Positions 45,735-56,593 of a stretch of DNA of 64,000 nucleotides are shown here, in pieces (the first letter of the stretch is position 1; each line of letters begins with the position of its first letter). Source of the DNA: a virus. Lineage: Duplodnaviria > Caudoviricetes. The stretch covers positions 64,001-128,000 of IMG/VR virus record IMGVR_UViG_3300032319_000936; one strand, written 5' to 3'. The position numbers were made by a program, and so were the translations under genes. Under the pieces are notes generated by a model. It was not told where the DNA came from, ran no database searches, and saw only the letters and a list, made by a program, of their open reading frames with translations.

Positions 45735-47279
45735 TTATCCCTTGATTATTTCATCATTCTCAGTGAGTTCATCAGCTCTAACCCAAACTTCCTCCCCATT
45801 TCTCTGACAAAGGAATCTGTGGTTGTGAGAGCATGTTACCACGTTACCATCCTCGGTCTCTATTTCAATAACAGGGACTTTGCCATTATAGAATATTTTT
45901 TCACATTCCTTAGTTCCGAATCGTGTCTCAACTTTAACTTTATCGTCAAAGAAAACCCACTGTTGCTGGCCAGATTCTTCTATCGATTTCCAGTCTATAT
46001 TTCTCTCTTCTAATATTTCTATATAGGACTTAACTCCACGATCGGTTCTGATTCTTGATTCAGGCACAAGACAACTGGCTGTAGGCATGGGTGCCAGGAG
46101 TAAAGAGTTTCTAACACCGTGTTTCATAACATCCTTTCTCAATTTACCCCAATCCCATCTCCCTGAAAGATCATCATCATTGAAACCCCACATATTGAAC
46201 TGGAATTCTCCTTTGCTAATCGGTGAGCCCTCAAATGATTCGTATGCACCATTAGCTTTTGCTAGATCTTTAGAAGCTGTGCATGATGCAAAATAGATTG
46301 TCTCAAAAATATCAGAGTTTATCTTTCTGGCTTCTTCCGACGTGAATCCGATACCCATGATAGCATATAAATCTGCCAATCCCTGGATACCTATTCCGAT
46401 TGGTCTGTGCTTCGTATTGGATCTCTTGGTCTCCTCTGTTGGATAGTAGTTAACATCAATAACCTGATTTAGATTAAGTGTTGTCTGATATGCCACCTTA
46501 TAAAGCTCATCGTGATCAACGTCACACTTGCCTCTTATTAACTTCGTTGTTCTAGCGTCGGTCGACTTTAAGAACTTGTTAACTGGAATGGATGCAAGGT
46601 TACAAACAGCTTGTTCCTCCTTAGAAGTAACCTCCATGATCTCGGTACATAAATTAGAACTCTTGATTGTGCCGATATTCTTCTGGTTAGATTTCTTATT
46701 CGCGTGGTCCTTGTATAGGATATAAGGAGTTCCGGTCTCGATTTGTGACTCAATTATCTTCGCCCAGAGATCTCTTGCTTTGAGTGTTTTTCTAGCCTTT
46801 CCAGCTTCCTCAGCAGCAATATAAGCTTGGTCGAAGGCATCTCCGTATAATTCCCAAATCCCTTCCACATCAGATGGAGAGAATAAAGACCATTCGCCAT
46901 TTTCTTTTACTCTCTTCATGAAGAGATCAGGTGTCCAAAGAGCCAAGAAAAGATCACGAGCTCTTCTTTCTTCCTTACCTGTATTCTTTCTAAGATCTAA
47001 GAAATCCTCAATGTCAGCATGCCAAGGCTCCATGTAGATAGCGAAGGATCCTTTTCTGCGGCCGCCCCCGTTATGCACTATTGAGATATCAGTAGAATAA
47101 TTTGGTACATCCTTAACTCTCAGATCATATAGATTAGAATCTGCTATCTCAGCTTTTTTAACTCCCTTTACCCTATTAAATTTTAATTTTTCTAAAGAAA
47201 GGCTAACTGATTCCTCTCTTATTTCCCCATCGATCTCAGGATGATGCAAAAAGACATTTTTAATTTTTCCCATTTTCAT
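45735..47279 (-). CDS. nrdA: ribonucleotide reductase alpha, fragment 2 (IntC-1 + catalytic core + IntN-2)
   Basis: VHN|GGGRRKGS, SNLCTEI, VCNLAS, APMPTAS|CLVPES. Confidence 0.93.
   Translation of the reverse strand: MKMGKIKNVFLHHPEIDGEIREESVSLSLEKLKFNRVKGVKKAEIADSNLYDLRVKDVPNYSTDISIVHNGGGRRKGSFAIYMEPWHADIEDFLDLRKNTGKEERRARDLFLALWTPDLFMKRVKENGEWSLFSPSDVEGIWELYGDAFDQAYIAAEEAGKARKTLKARDLWAKIIESQIETGTPYILYKDHANKKSNQKNIGTIKSSNLCTEIMEVTSKEEQAVCNLASIPVNKFLKSTDARTTKLIRGKCDVDHDELYKVAYQTTLNLNQVIDVNYYPTEETKRSNTKHRPIGIGIQGLADLYAIMGIGFTSEEARKINSDIFETIYFASCTASKDLAKANGAYESFEGSPISKGEFQFNMWGFNDDDLSGRWDWGKLRKDVMKHGVRNSLLLAPMPTASCLVPESRIRTDRGVKSYIEILEERNIDWKSIEESGQQQWVFFDDKVKVETRFGTKECEKIFYNGKVPVIEIETEDGNVVTCSHNHRFLCQRNGEEVWVRADELTENDEIIKG
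45738..46073 (-). mobile_element. split intein N-half 2 (112 aa), NrdA
   Basis: CLVPESRI...TCSHNHRF...RADELTENDEII*. Confidence 0.9.
47070..47279 (-). mobile_element. split intein C-half 1 (70 aa), NrdA, Gly at +1
   Basis: LYDLRVKDVPNYSTDISIVHN followed by GGG. Confidence 0.85.
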
Positions 47280-47280
47280 T

Positions 47281-48174
47281 TTATATTATCTCACTTTTTT
47301 TATTTTTTTCATCCCATATATGAAATTCAAATTTGAATCCCTTAAATACGCAAGACTCTTTTTTAGCTATGTTCTTTTCATAATCCAGTCTTAAACTATA
47401 ATCCGATTTAACTTCTACTATTCTATTTTCTGGAACTATATAGAGGTCAGGATAGTACTCCCTTTCAATCCCCTTAAAAAAATACACAATTGGATCATTC
47501 TCCTCAAATCCTATTTTTAAATCACTTCTTTTGTATTTTTTTAAAAATTCGGGTATAACAAATCTTTCATATCCCTGTACTCTTATCAATTCACCTTCAT
47601 GTGAAATAGTATAGGATTTGTAGGATTGTTCTTTTTTTCTTCTACATATGTTGGAACATGTTTTTCTAAATCCTTTGTTTGTTAATCTTTCTTTAGCTGG
47701 TTTCCCGCAAACTTCGCATTTAGGATGGTCCACCACATCATTCAAAAACATATGGATCATTATCCTTTTATCTGAGAAATTACTGTATCTGTTTTTTAAC
47801 TCCTCAATTAGAATATAATTCTCCATTAGCATCTGTGTAACTGAACCACATTTTTTTTGTTTTTCTAAACTATCCTCAGTAAGTGATTGTTTAAATTTAT
47901 CCAGTGTATCTACAAGAAATTTATCGCTCAATTCTTTATATTCGCCTTTGCTGTTATATTTTTTATAGGATCCTCTAAATTTCTTAAATCCTAATTTATC
48001 TCTAGGTACTTCGTGCAATCCATTCTCATACAAATAGGAAATTTCTTCGTACGGTAACCCATAGAATCCCATCTCTTTAGACCACTCTATGATATTTAAA
48101 GTCTTATCCGGATAATGCGAGGACATGTACGAATATTTTCTGAATTTTCCAGATTTGTCTTCTTCCATAGTCAT
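47281..48174 (-). CDS. free-standing putative homing endonuclease (Zn finger + PD-(D/E)xK) between split-intein halves
   Basis: CEVC...CSNIC; YYPDLY...IVEVKS. Confidence 0.8.
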   Translation of the reverse strand: MTMEEDKSGKFRKYSYMSSHYPDKTLNIIEWSKEMGFYGLPYEEISYLYENGLHEVPRDKLGFKKFRGSYKKYNSKGEYKELSDKFLVDTLDKFKQSLTEDSLEKQKKCGSVTQMLMENYILIEELKNRYSNFSDKRIMIHMFLNDVVDHPKCEVCGKPAKERLTNKGFRKTCSNICRRKKEQSYKSYTISHEGELIRVQGYERFVIPEFLKKYKRSDLKIGFEENDPIVYFFKGIEREYYPDLYIVPENRIVEVKSDYSLRLDYEKNIAKKESCVFKGFKFEFHIWDEKNKKSEII

Positions 48175-48219
48175 TGAATATTTTTAATTTATATATCAGA
48201 CCAGGGCGGAGTTTTTATA

Positions 48220-49407
48220 TTAAAAGCTTAGCAAAATATCCTCGCCGGTAATATTTTTTGCCTCTATCCATTCTGGATTTATGGTTCCAGATTCGAATTT
48301 AATCTCTATATTTTCTATGAGATTTCCACCCTTAATGCATAGAAATAAATGGTCCTCGGTAACTATATTTTTACCACCATCTGTTTCTATTTCGACCATT
48401 ATTTTATCTGATGATCTTGTGACTATCTTTTCTTCAACCAAATGATATTCGCCATCGGAAGAAAGTACTAGATCACCCGCTTCGATCTCTTCTATCTTTT
48501 TATCACCTCCACTAACTCTAATTAGGGTCTCACCAATAAAACACTGATCTACGTACCTCGCAGTCTCATTAAAAACTCTTAGCATCGGTATAATACCATT
48601 GGAATTACCATTTGTACCTTTGATGTAAGATCCTGTGCTTCTAATGTTATGAATAGCCAATCCTATTCCTCCTGCATTCTGTGAAATAACAGCAACATCT
48701 GATAATGTCTTGTAAATACCAGGAATTGAATCATCGTCCATCATTAACAGAAAGCAAGACGAAAGCTGAGGTTTCTTAGTACCGGAATTAAACAGGGTTG
48801 GTGTTGCATGTGTCATCATGTGGTTAGAAAGAAGCTCGTAAGTTTTAATAACGTTCTTCATATCATCTCCCCATATACCAGCGGCAACACGCATATACAT
48901 GTGCTGTGGTGTTTCTGCTACCTCACCGTTTGTTTTTAACAGGTAACTTTTCTCGAGGGTCTTAAAGCCAAAATACTCAAAATCAAAATCTCTCTCGTGA
49001 AGTATTGCACTATCCAGCTTGTTTTTATTCTGCATTACAACCTGATAGGTTTTTTCGCTAATCATCCCAGCTGGCTGATTAGTAACAGGATCTATGTAAT
49101 TATAAAGAGTCTCTATAGTATCTGAGAATTTCTTCTTTGTTGTTTTGTGCAGTCTAGAAACTGCAATTCTAGAAGCTAGAATGGAATGGTCAGGATGCTT
49201 TGGTATCATGGAAGCAGCTGTCTCAGCTGCTAAGGTGTCCAACTCCTGAGTGGATATACCATCATAGATTCCCGCGATTACCTTCTGGGAGATACCCACA
49301 GGGTCAACTAGGTCCTGGTTTAGACCATAGGTCATCTTTCTAATTCTATTAGAAACTTTCTCAAATCTCACTGGTTCTTTAGAACCGTCTCTCTTAATTA
49401 CTTGCAT
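48220..49407 (-). CDS. nrdA: ribonucleotide reductase alpha, fragment 1 (ATP cone + N-terminal part + IntN-1)
   Basis: VIKRDG ATP cone, [18 protein letters not shown]|CFIGET. Confidence 0.93.
   Translation of the reverse strand: MQVIKRDGSKEPVRFEKVSNRIRKMTYGLNQDLVDPVGISQKVIAGIYDGISTQELDTLAAETAASMIPKHPDHSILASRIAVSRLHKTTKKKFSDTIETLYNYIDPVTNQPAGMISEKTYQVVMQNKNKLDSAILHERDFDFEYFGFKTLEKSYLLKTNGEVAETPQHMYMRVAAGIWGDDMKNVIKTYELLSNHMMTHATPTLFNSGTKKPQLSSCFLLMMDDDSIPGIYKTLSDVAVISQNAGGIGLAIHNIRSTGSYIKGTNGNSNGIIPMLRVFNETARYVDQCFIGETLIRVSGGDKKIEEIEAGDLVLSSDGEYHLVEEKIVTRSSDKIMVEIETDGGKNIVTEDHLFLCIKGGNLIENIEIKFESGTINPEWIEAKNITGEDILLSF
48223..48543 (-). mobile_element. split intein N-half 1 (107 aa), NrdA
   Basis: CFIGETLI...VTEDH...[15 protein letters not shown]. 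Confidence 0.9.
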
Positions 49408-49425
49408 ATTTTATTTAACTTATTT

Positions 49426-50415
49426 TTAGAAATCTGTATCAAACCCAAATGGATCGTCCTCGCTTTTATTCATGATACCCGCTTTCTGATACTCCGAGAC
49501 CCTCTTTTCAAAAAAGTTCGACTTTCCCTGTAATGCTATATTAGCCATGAAATCGAATGGATTTTCAGAATTGTAAACTCTTGAGCAGCCAAGGTCTACT
49601 AATAGTCTATCTGTCACAAATTCAAGATACTGTATCATTAATTCAGAGTTCATACCAATTAGTCTAACTGGAAGTGACTCTGTTATGAATTCCTTCTCAA
49701 TTTCCAAAGCGCTGGTGAGAATTTCTTTTATTCTATCTGGAGAAACCTTATTGATGATGTGATTGTTGTGCAAATGTACAGCAAAATCGCAATGCATTCC
49801 CTCGTCTCTTGAGATTAGCTCATTAGAAAACGAAAGGCCTGGCATTAACCCTCTTTTCTTTAGCCAGAAAATAGAGCAGAATGAACCAGAGAAGAAAATT
49901 CCTTCCACAGCTGCAAAAGCAATAAGTCTCTCCTGGAAATGTGGTGAATCGATCCACTTTAGAGCCCATTCTGCTTTTTTCTTAACAGCTGGGATTGTAT
50001 CAATAGCTTTGAAAAGCATATTTTTTTCTTCCTGCTCCTGAATATAGGTATCAATCAACAAGGAGTAAGTCTCGCTATGGATATTTTCCATCATGATCTG
50101 AAACCCATAGAAGAACTTGGCTTCAGAATATTGAACCTCTTTAACGAAGTTCTCCGCTAGATTTTCATTCACTATACCATCTGAGGCAGCGAAGAAAGCT
50201 AAGATATTCTTAACGAAATATTTCTCATCCTCATTAAGAACGTTTCTCCAGTCGTTTAAATCCTGAGATAGGTCTATCTCTTCCGCAGTCCATATGCAAG
50301 CCTGCTGCTTTTTATAAAGATCCCATAAATCTGGATGCTCTATAGGGAATATAACGAACCTATTTGGGTTCTCCTGGAGGATCTTTTCCCCATAGGAATA
50401 TACTGAATTTTCCAT
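49426..50415 (-). CDS. nrdB: ribonucleotide reductase class Ia beta subunit
   Basis: [44 protein letters not shown]. Confidence 0.95.
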   Translation of the reverse strand: MENSVYSYGEKILQENPNRFVIFPIEHPDLWDLYKKQQACIWTAEEIDLSQDLNDWRNVLNEDEKYFVKNILAFFAASDGIVNENLAENFVKEVQYSEAKFFYGFQIMMENIHSETYSLLIDTYIQEQEEKNMLFKAIDTIPAVKKKAEWALKWIDSPHFQERLIAFAAVEGIFFSGSFCSIFWLKKRGLMPGLSFSNELISRDEGMHCDFAVHLHNNHIINKVSPDRIKEILTSALEIEKEFITESLPVRLIGMNSELMIQYLEFVTDRLLVDLGCSRVYNSENPFDFMANIALQGKSNFFEKRVSEYQKAGIMNKSEDDPFGFDTDF

Positions 50416-50429
50416 TAAATTAATTTTTT

Positions 50430-50894
50430 TTAATAACCTCTATTTTGACGGTCGTGATTTTCTTTTTGCTTTGCCATATAGAGATTCACGATATCCTCGC
50501 TTGTCATTCCCATGGAAATACCAAAATTCATAAAGAAGTGGAGACCGTCGATCCACTCGTAATAAAGCTCTAATTTATCAGATTCCGATAGATCTGAAAT
50601 TTTCATGTCTGCGGCTTTAGCATTGTCTTTTTTCCAATATTTCCATGCGGCAGAGCCTATACCATCATTAACACCACCGAGTGCATCGAACATCTCATTA
50701 AGTTCGTCGGCTAAAGCGTGTTTGTTCACCATCCAAAAGTCAGCAATTTGCTTTATTGTCCAATCGGTAAAATCAAACCCGTATCTAGTCTGAAGCTCCT
50801 TTTGTTTATTGTAGATTAGTCCCAGTGTGTCCTCTGTTCCTTTGTAATAGTCCTGAACTTCTAGATCAGCACATTTGTTGTCTGTGTTAGCCAT
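50430..50894 (-). CDS. T4 gp56-like dCTPase/dUTPase (all-alpha NTP pyrophosphatase)
   Basis: [27 protein letters not shown] closely parallel T4 gp56. Confidence 0.8.
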   Translation of the reverse strand: MANTDNKCADLEVQDYYKGTEDTLGLIYNKQKELQTRYGFDFTDWTIKQIADFWMVNKHALADELNEMFDALGGVNDGIGSAAWKYWKKDNAKAADMKISDLSESDKLELYYEWIDGLHFFMNFGISMGMTSEDIVNLYMAKQKENHDRQNRGY

Positions 50895-50976
50895 TTTCTT
50901 GGTTTTTAATAGTTTAAATTAAGGTTTGACTCCCACCGGGGTTTTTTATATATCACCCCGGTTAGCCTTGGTCCCT

Positions 50977-52395
50977 CTATTTAGAGGAATTTTCTGATTC
51001 TTTTTTTATTAATTTTTCGAGTCTATCGATTTCGATCTGTAGAGCTAACATTTTGTCCTTTGTAGCTCTTCTTTTTGAGTAAAGATCGCTAACTATGCCC
51101 CTTAATATAGGCTCTTCATCTTCCCCTCCGAAATATGCTCCGGATGAAGTTTTAACCCAACTGTCCTTCGGAGTTAATATGCTCTTACCCTTATAGACCT
51201 CCGGGGATATACCCCATTGAACAATTGTATTTGGATACAGGGAGGCAAAGTCATAACAAGCTATCCATTCGTGCAATCCCGCTATTGGCTCCTTAACATA
51301 TCCACCTGCAAATTTAACTGCCTGCTCTTCTTTCCTCTCGTTAACAAATACCTGTTTTCTTTCTAGGAACTTTCTGAGCATCATGCTCTCTGTTGACCAA
51401 ACTGGGGAAAGTGCTCTATTGATTTCTACGCCTGTTACCAATGCTATCTTAAAGAAAGTCTGTAAGGTCTTTAGCTTCTGATCTATATAATGAACAAGAG
51501 CACAATCGACTGCGTTATAGTAGATAAAGTCTTCAAAATTAGATTGATATAGATCACGGAGAGTTCCGTTATATGAGATCTTCTTGAGTCCTATAGCTTT
51601 TTCAGCAACATAATCCAATCTATTGCTTTCCTTGATTTTAATAACTCTATCCCATTTCTTATAGATATCCAAATAATCGACCATTAGTATGTGTTGGGGC
51701 AACTGATTCTTTCCTATTAGAGTTCGGGATGGCGATATCATCTTGGGGTCTATTCCTAGCTTCTTTGCACGGTTTATCAGATATGGCCAGTCGTACCCTA
51801 GCCAGTTCCATCCTGTAATAAATGGCATCTTCGAGCCTATGTCCTTAAAGAAAGTATACAGCATATCATACTCGCTTTCAAATTGCTTGTATTTAAAGCT
51901 CCACTCGTCACCGGTTTTTTCGAAGTAGCTATTCAGCTTATTATGAATGGAAACTTGTTGCTCCTGAGTTAGAGGGTCTAGTCCTAAAACAATAAGCTTA
52001 CACTTATCCGTTGCAATACCGATTGATAAAACCCTATTCTTTGTGTTCTCAGTATCTAACGCATCAGCCATCTCATCCGTGATCTCAACCTCGATATCGA
52101 GAAAGTATTTCTTTGGTGTTTGATACTCCCAAAGCGGTGATGTTATGTTGCGATCTGACTCTTCCAGCATTTGAGCCATTCTATACTTATCGTATCTCTC
52201 AGAAGGAGCCTTTTTAACTGGTGCACCTGTCCAGTCTTTCCATTCTGGGTCTTTTTTTCTGTCATTAGGATAACACTTTGACCAAACAAATCTCTCCTCT
52301 TCAGGAACAGGAATGTGCAAAAAAACTAGATCACCCTCATCACTGAAATGAGAAACGTTCAAATACGTTCCTTTATTTTCTATGTCTACTATCAT
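50977..52395 (-). CDS. polB: DNA polymerase family B, N-terminal half (3'-5' exonuclease + motif A)
   Basis: FLDIE, TGWNWLGYDWPY, YNAVD, GGYVKEP, YDFASLYPN; ends in the fingers helix. Confidence 0.92.
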   Translation of the reverse strand: MIVDIENKGTYLNVSHFSDEGDLVFLHIPVPEEERFVWSKCYPNDRKKDPEWKDWTGAPVKKAPSERYDKYRMAQMLEESDRNITSPLWEYQTPKKYFLDIEVEITDEMADALDTENTKNRVLSIGIATDKCKLIVLGLDPLTQEQQVSIHNKLNSYFEKTGDEWSFKYKQFESEYDMLYTFFKDIGSKMPFITGWNWLGYDWPYLINRAKKLGIDPKMISPSRTLIGKNQLPQHILMVDYLDIYKKWDRVIKIKESNRLDYVAEKAIGLKKISYNGTLRDLYQSNFEDFIYYNAVDCALVHYIDQKLKTLQTFFKIALVTGVEINRALSPVWSTESMMLRKFLERKQVFVNERKEEQAVKFAGGYVKEPIAGLHEWIACYDFASLYPNTIVQWGISPEVYKGKSILTPKDSWVKTSSGAYFGGEDEEPILRGIVSDLYSKRRATKDKMLALQIEIDRLEKLIKKESENSSK

Positions 52396-52509
52396 GCGTT
52401 ATTGGATTTGTTAGTATTGTATTGAAGTTATTCGATTTATTTCCAATATCCCCGTTCTTTTTTACTTAATTTTCCGCAGATATATAAATCCAACAAAACT
52501 TACATCGTA

Positions 52510-52806
52510 ATGAAAAACATAAAGTCTATTACCGATTTTCTAAACGAAGATTTTGATCCGGGAACGGTTCAGGTTCCAGGTGATGCGTACGCTACTCGGG
52601 TTAATTCTAGAAATTACCAGTCAGCGCACCAGCCCCTTCCCCAGGTACTAGACCCAATGTACGAAGGATCTTATTTCTGTGATTTTCTAGACGAGTGTGG
52701 CAAATCGGAAAATTTCACGAGCATTGTGAAAGAGAAGAGAAAATCACCAACAGAGATCACTAATTATCTAAAAGAAGAATTTCTTAGCAATTCAGCTAAG
52801 AATTAA
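52510..52806 (+). CDS. putative virion/head protein
   Basis: MKNIKSITDFLNE tag; GATATATA at 52479. Confidence 0.6.
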   Translation: MKNIKSITDFLNEDFDPGTVQVPGDAYATRVNSRNYQSAHQPLPQVLDPMYEGSYFCDFLDECGKSENFTSIVKEKRKSPTEITNYLKEEFLSNSAKN

Positions 52807-52821
52807 AAATAAATATCAGAA

Positions 52822-53274
52822 ATGAAGCATTTAATATTATTTGAAGATTACACATCTACTGAATTAGATCTAGATCCAAAGATCAGAGAAGAATATATTA
52901 AGAAATTGGAGGATCTGGTAAGCTTTCCTGATCTTTATCGGGACGATTTTGAAACATGGATGGCAGTTATAGACGATGTGTCATCTAAATATTTGGATTC
53001 GGAAGAGATGTCTATCTCCAAACAAGAATATAATAAATTCCTAAAAGAATATAAAAGGGTGAGGGATGCTAATTCGAGCCAATTTCTTTTAGATGGGTTT
53101 TTTATTGGGATAAGCGGGGAGGTACCGGATACAGATTATGAGGATCTAAACGAAAAACCAATAGAATGGTGGTTAAAAGAGTTATCAGTATTTCCTAAAG
53201 AAATTGCTTATATGGCTAAATCTGTATGGGATAATATTAACATCTTTCCTATAGAATTTATCAGAATTAAATAA
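52822..53274 (+). CDS. putative virion/head protein
   Basis: MKHLILFEDY tag. Confidence 0.6.
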   Translation: MKHLILFEDYTSTELDLDPKIREEYIKKLEDLVSFPDLYRDDFETWMAVIDDVSSKYLDSEEMSISKQEYNKFLKEYKRVRDANSSQFLLDGFFIGISGEVPDTDYEDLNEKPIEWWLKELSVFPKEIAYMAKSVWDNINIFPIEFIRIK

Positions 53275-53293
53275 TAAAAGATCTGGACATGAT

Positions 53294-53521
53294 TTAAACC
53301 TCTTGTTCAATTTCAAACTTATCCACATCTCTACCGACTATGAATTTTCCAACTAAATTATTATCCCTTTCTATTCTCATTCCAGCTAGTTCCAATCCTT
53401 CACCTATATTTATTAATGGCGGAAGCTTAACATAGTTTGCAGGTCCTCTTCGTTCATGGATAGCTACTTTAAGTCCCGCTTGTAAAATTTCGGCTATTAA
53501 TTTTCTTTTTTCAATTTCCAT
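53294..53521 (-). CDS. hypothetical protein
   Basis: 75-aa ORF. Confidence 0.55.
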   Translation of the reverse strand: MEIEKRKLIAEILQAGLKVAIHERRGPANYVKLPPLINIGEGLELAGMRIERDNNLVGKFIVGRDVDKFEIEQEV

Positions 53522-53607
53522 TTGATACTATTTTACTTATCTTATTGATTTTGTAGTATTTTGTTTCACTTTGAAACTTAAAGGTAAATTCTGTATAAAA
53601 TTTCTCC

Positions 53608-54000
53608 TTATCTTATTTTTATAGAATCTAAATAAATTATTAATTTCTTATCGGTCGGTTCAACCGACAGATTTTTTTTAACAAAGATATCCCAGGAATC
53701 CTGACCATATTTTCCTATGCCGGGTAGCTCTGAAGGGTCATTGAAACCGTCTATCCACCTTTGACTCATCTTTTTTATTCTATCCGCTTTTACGTTTTGG
53801 AATCCCGTAGACTTTAGACATTCCGATATTCTTTCTTTTTGACACAGAACAGCAGAGTTTGGATCTGGTATGATGCTGAATAGAATGTCTAAAATAGGTC
53901 TAACCTGTTTATTGTTTGTTTGGTTTAGACATATACAACAGACCATCATTCTCCATGGGTTGTCCAGATACTCCTCCTGTATTAATATTTCTCTGCCCAT
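53608..54000 (-). CDS. MBD4-like HhH-GPD DNA glycosylase
   Basis: PWRMMVCCICLNQT, ELPGIGKYGQDSWDIF, DKKL; start MGREIL at 54000. Confidence 0.8.
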   Translation of the reverse strand: MGREILIQEEYLDNPWRMMVCCICLNQTNNKQVRPILDILFSIIPDPNSAVLCQKERISECLKSTGFQNVKADRIKKMSQRWIDGFNDPSELPGIGKYGQDSWDIFVKKNLSVEPTDKKLIIYLDSIKIR

Positions 54001-54004
54001 GTGG

Positions 54005-54027
54005 CAAATATAAGAAACACACCCGCA
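54005..54027 (-). promoter_or_regulatory. TGCGG-N10-TAnnTTTG promoter (copy 6)
   Basis: TGCGG gtgtgtttct TATATTTG, 4 nt before the ATG. Confidence 0.6.
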
Positions 54028-54028
54028 C

Positions 54029-54054
54029 AAAAAAAGCCGGTTGCCCGGCTTTTT
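54029..54054 (-). terminator. terminator after dnaK
   Basis: AGCCGG gcaa CCGGCT TTTTTT on the minus strand. Confidence 0.75.
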
Positions 54055-54070
54055 CTATAATAACACTGGA

Positions 54071-55372
54071 TTATCCCTTAACCTCCTCAAACTCAACCTC
54101 TTCAGCTTCCGTGCTTGCAGAGCTAGTGGTTTCTCCAGCTTCGCCGGGGTTAGCTTGCTCCTGAGCATAAACTTTAGTGGAGATTTCTTGGAGTGCCTCG
54201 ACTAGATCCTTGGTGCTAGATTCCATCTTTTCAACATCCTCACCTTTTATGGTCTCCTTAGCGGACTCTATCATAGAATTAATCTTAGCTCTTTCCTCCT
54301 CAGATGTCTTTTCCTCAAAGTCTTTAACCATTTTTTCAGCTTGGAAAATTAAGCCATCCAACTCATTCTTAACCTGGGATAGCTTAAGTCTTTCTTTATC
54401 TGCTTTCTCGTTAGCTAAAGCGTCGTCTTTCATCTTTTTGATTTCATCCTCTGATAGCTTATTACCAGCTTCAATCTTGATGTTCTGCTCTTTACCTGTT
54501 CCCTTGTCCTTAGCAGAAACACTAATGATACCGTTAGCATCAATATCAAAGGTAACTTCAATCTGAGGAACGCCTCTTGGAGCAGGAGGGACATCAGTTA
54601 GCATGAATCTTCCTAGAGTCTTGTTATCTGAAGCCATGGGTCTTTCACCCTGTAAAACATGGATTTCCACATTTGCCTGGTTATCAACAGCAGTAGAGAA
54701 TGACTCGCTTTTTCTAATAGGAATAGTTGAGTTAGATTCAATCAATTTGGTGAATACACCTCCCATTGTTTCAATACCTAAAGAAAGCGGAGTAACATCA
54801 AGCAAAAGAACGTCTGTGATTTCTCCTTTTAAAACTGCTCCCTGAACTGCTGCCCCAATAGCAACAACCTCATCGGGATTCACGCTCTTATTTGGCTTCT
54901 TACCAAATAGCTTTTCTACTTCCTCTTGAACCTTAGGAATTCTTGTTGATCCACCAACCAATAGAATCTCATCTATTTCAGAAACTTTAAGTTTGGAATC
55001 TTTGATAGCTTTTCTACAAGGGGCAAGTGTCTTCTGAATTAAATCGTCAATCATTTGCTCAAATTTAGCTCTTGAAAGTTTCCCTACAAAGTGCTTAGGT
55101 CCATCTGAAAGAGCGCTTAGATAAGGTAGGTTAATTTCTGTTTCTGATGAGTTCGATAATTCTATTTTCGCCTTCTCAGCAGCTTCTCTAATACGTTGAT
55201 AAGCCATTGGGTCCTTAGAGGCATCTATTCCAGTTTGAGACTTGAACTCATCCACGATCCAATCAATAATCTTCTCATCGAAGTTGTCACCACCAAGATG
55301 TGTATCACCGTTAGTTGAAAGAACCTCAAATACACCGGAGCCTATCTCCAGGATCGATACGTCAAATGTACC
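54071..55372 (-). CDS. dnaK: chaperone DnaK, exon 2
   Basis: [32 protein letters not shown]; joins exon 1 to give 627 aa. Confidence 0.95.
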   Translation of the reverse strand, partial: GTFDVSILEIGSGVFEVLSTNGDTHLGGDNFDEKIIDWIVDEFKSQTGIDASKDPMAYQRIREAAEKAKIELSNSSETEINLPYLSALSDGPKHFVGKLSRAKFEQMIDDLIQKTLAPCRKAIKDSKLKVSEIDEILLVGGSTRIPKVQEEVEKLFGKKPNKSVNPDEVVAIGAAVQGAVLKGEITDVLLLDVTPLSLGIETMGGVFTKLIESNSTIPIRKSESFSTAVDNQANVEIHVLQGERPMASDNKTLGRFMLTDVPPAPRGVPQIEVTFDIDANGIISVSAKDKGTGKEQNIKIEAGNKLSEDEIKKMKDDALANEKADKERLKLSQVKNELDGLIFQAEKMVKDFEEKTSEEERAKINSMIESAKETIKGEDVEKMESSTKDLVEALQEISTKVYAQEQANPGEAGETTSSASTEAEEVEFEEVKG

Positions 55373-56373
<1,001 letters not shown>

Positions 56374-56593
56374 TTACTTTTTTTTTATTTTTAAAACTTT
56401 TATTTTTAACTCCGGATTTATAGAGCCGGGTCTCTGAGGATGTTTCACCCTCGTCTTTTCAATCTTTAATGATATAGGTTTAAAATCTTTCATTTTTTTG
56501 TAATTTTTAGGACAACAATTCAAAAAGATTGCCGCAAGAAAAAAGGAGACATAATGTCTCCTTTCCTTTTATTTATATGTCAAAATTTACATA

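Noticed and set aside
38321-49407. Stop-codon recoding or frameshift errors as the cause of the fragmented nrdA and topoisomerase genes
   Set aside because: Breaks fall exactly between IntN and IntC blocks, the two short gaps are out of frame (110 and 40 nt), the stops are TAA, and other genes are intact under the standard code.
53294-53521. ERRGPANYV resembles a gp23 major capsid motif
   Set aside because: Only 75 aa and one short motif; not enough to call a capsid fragment.
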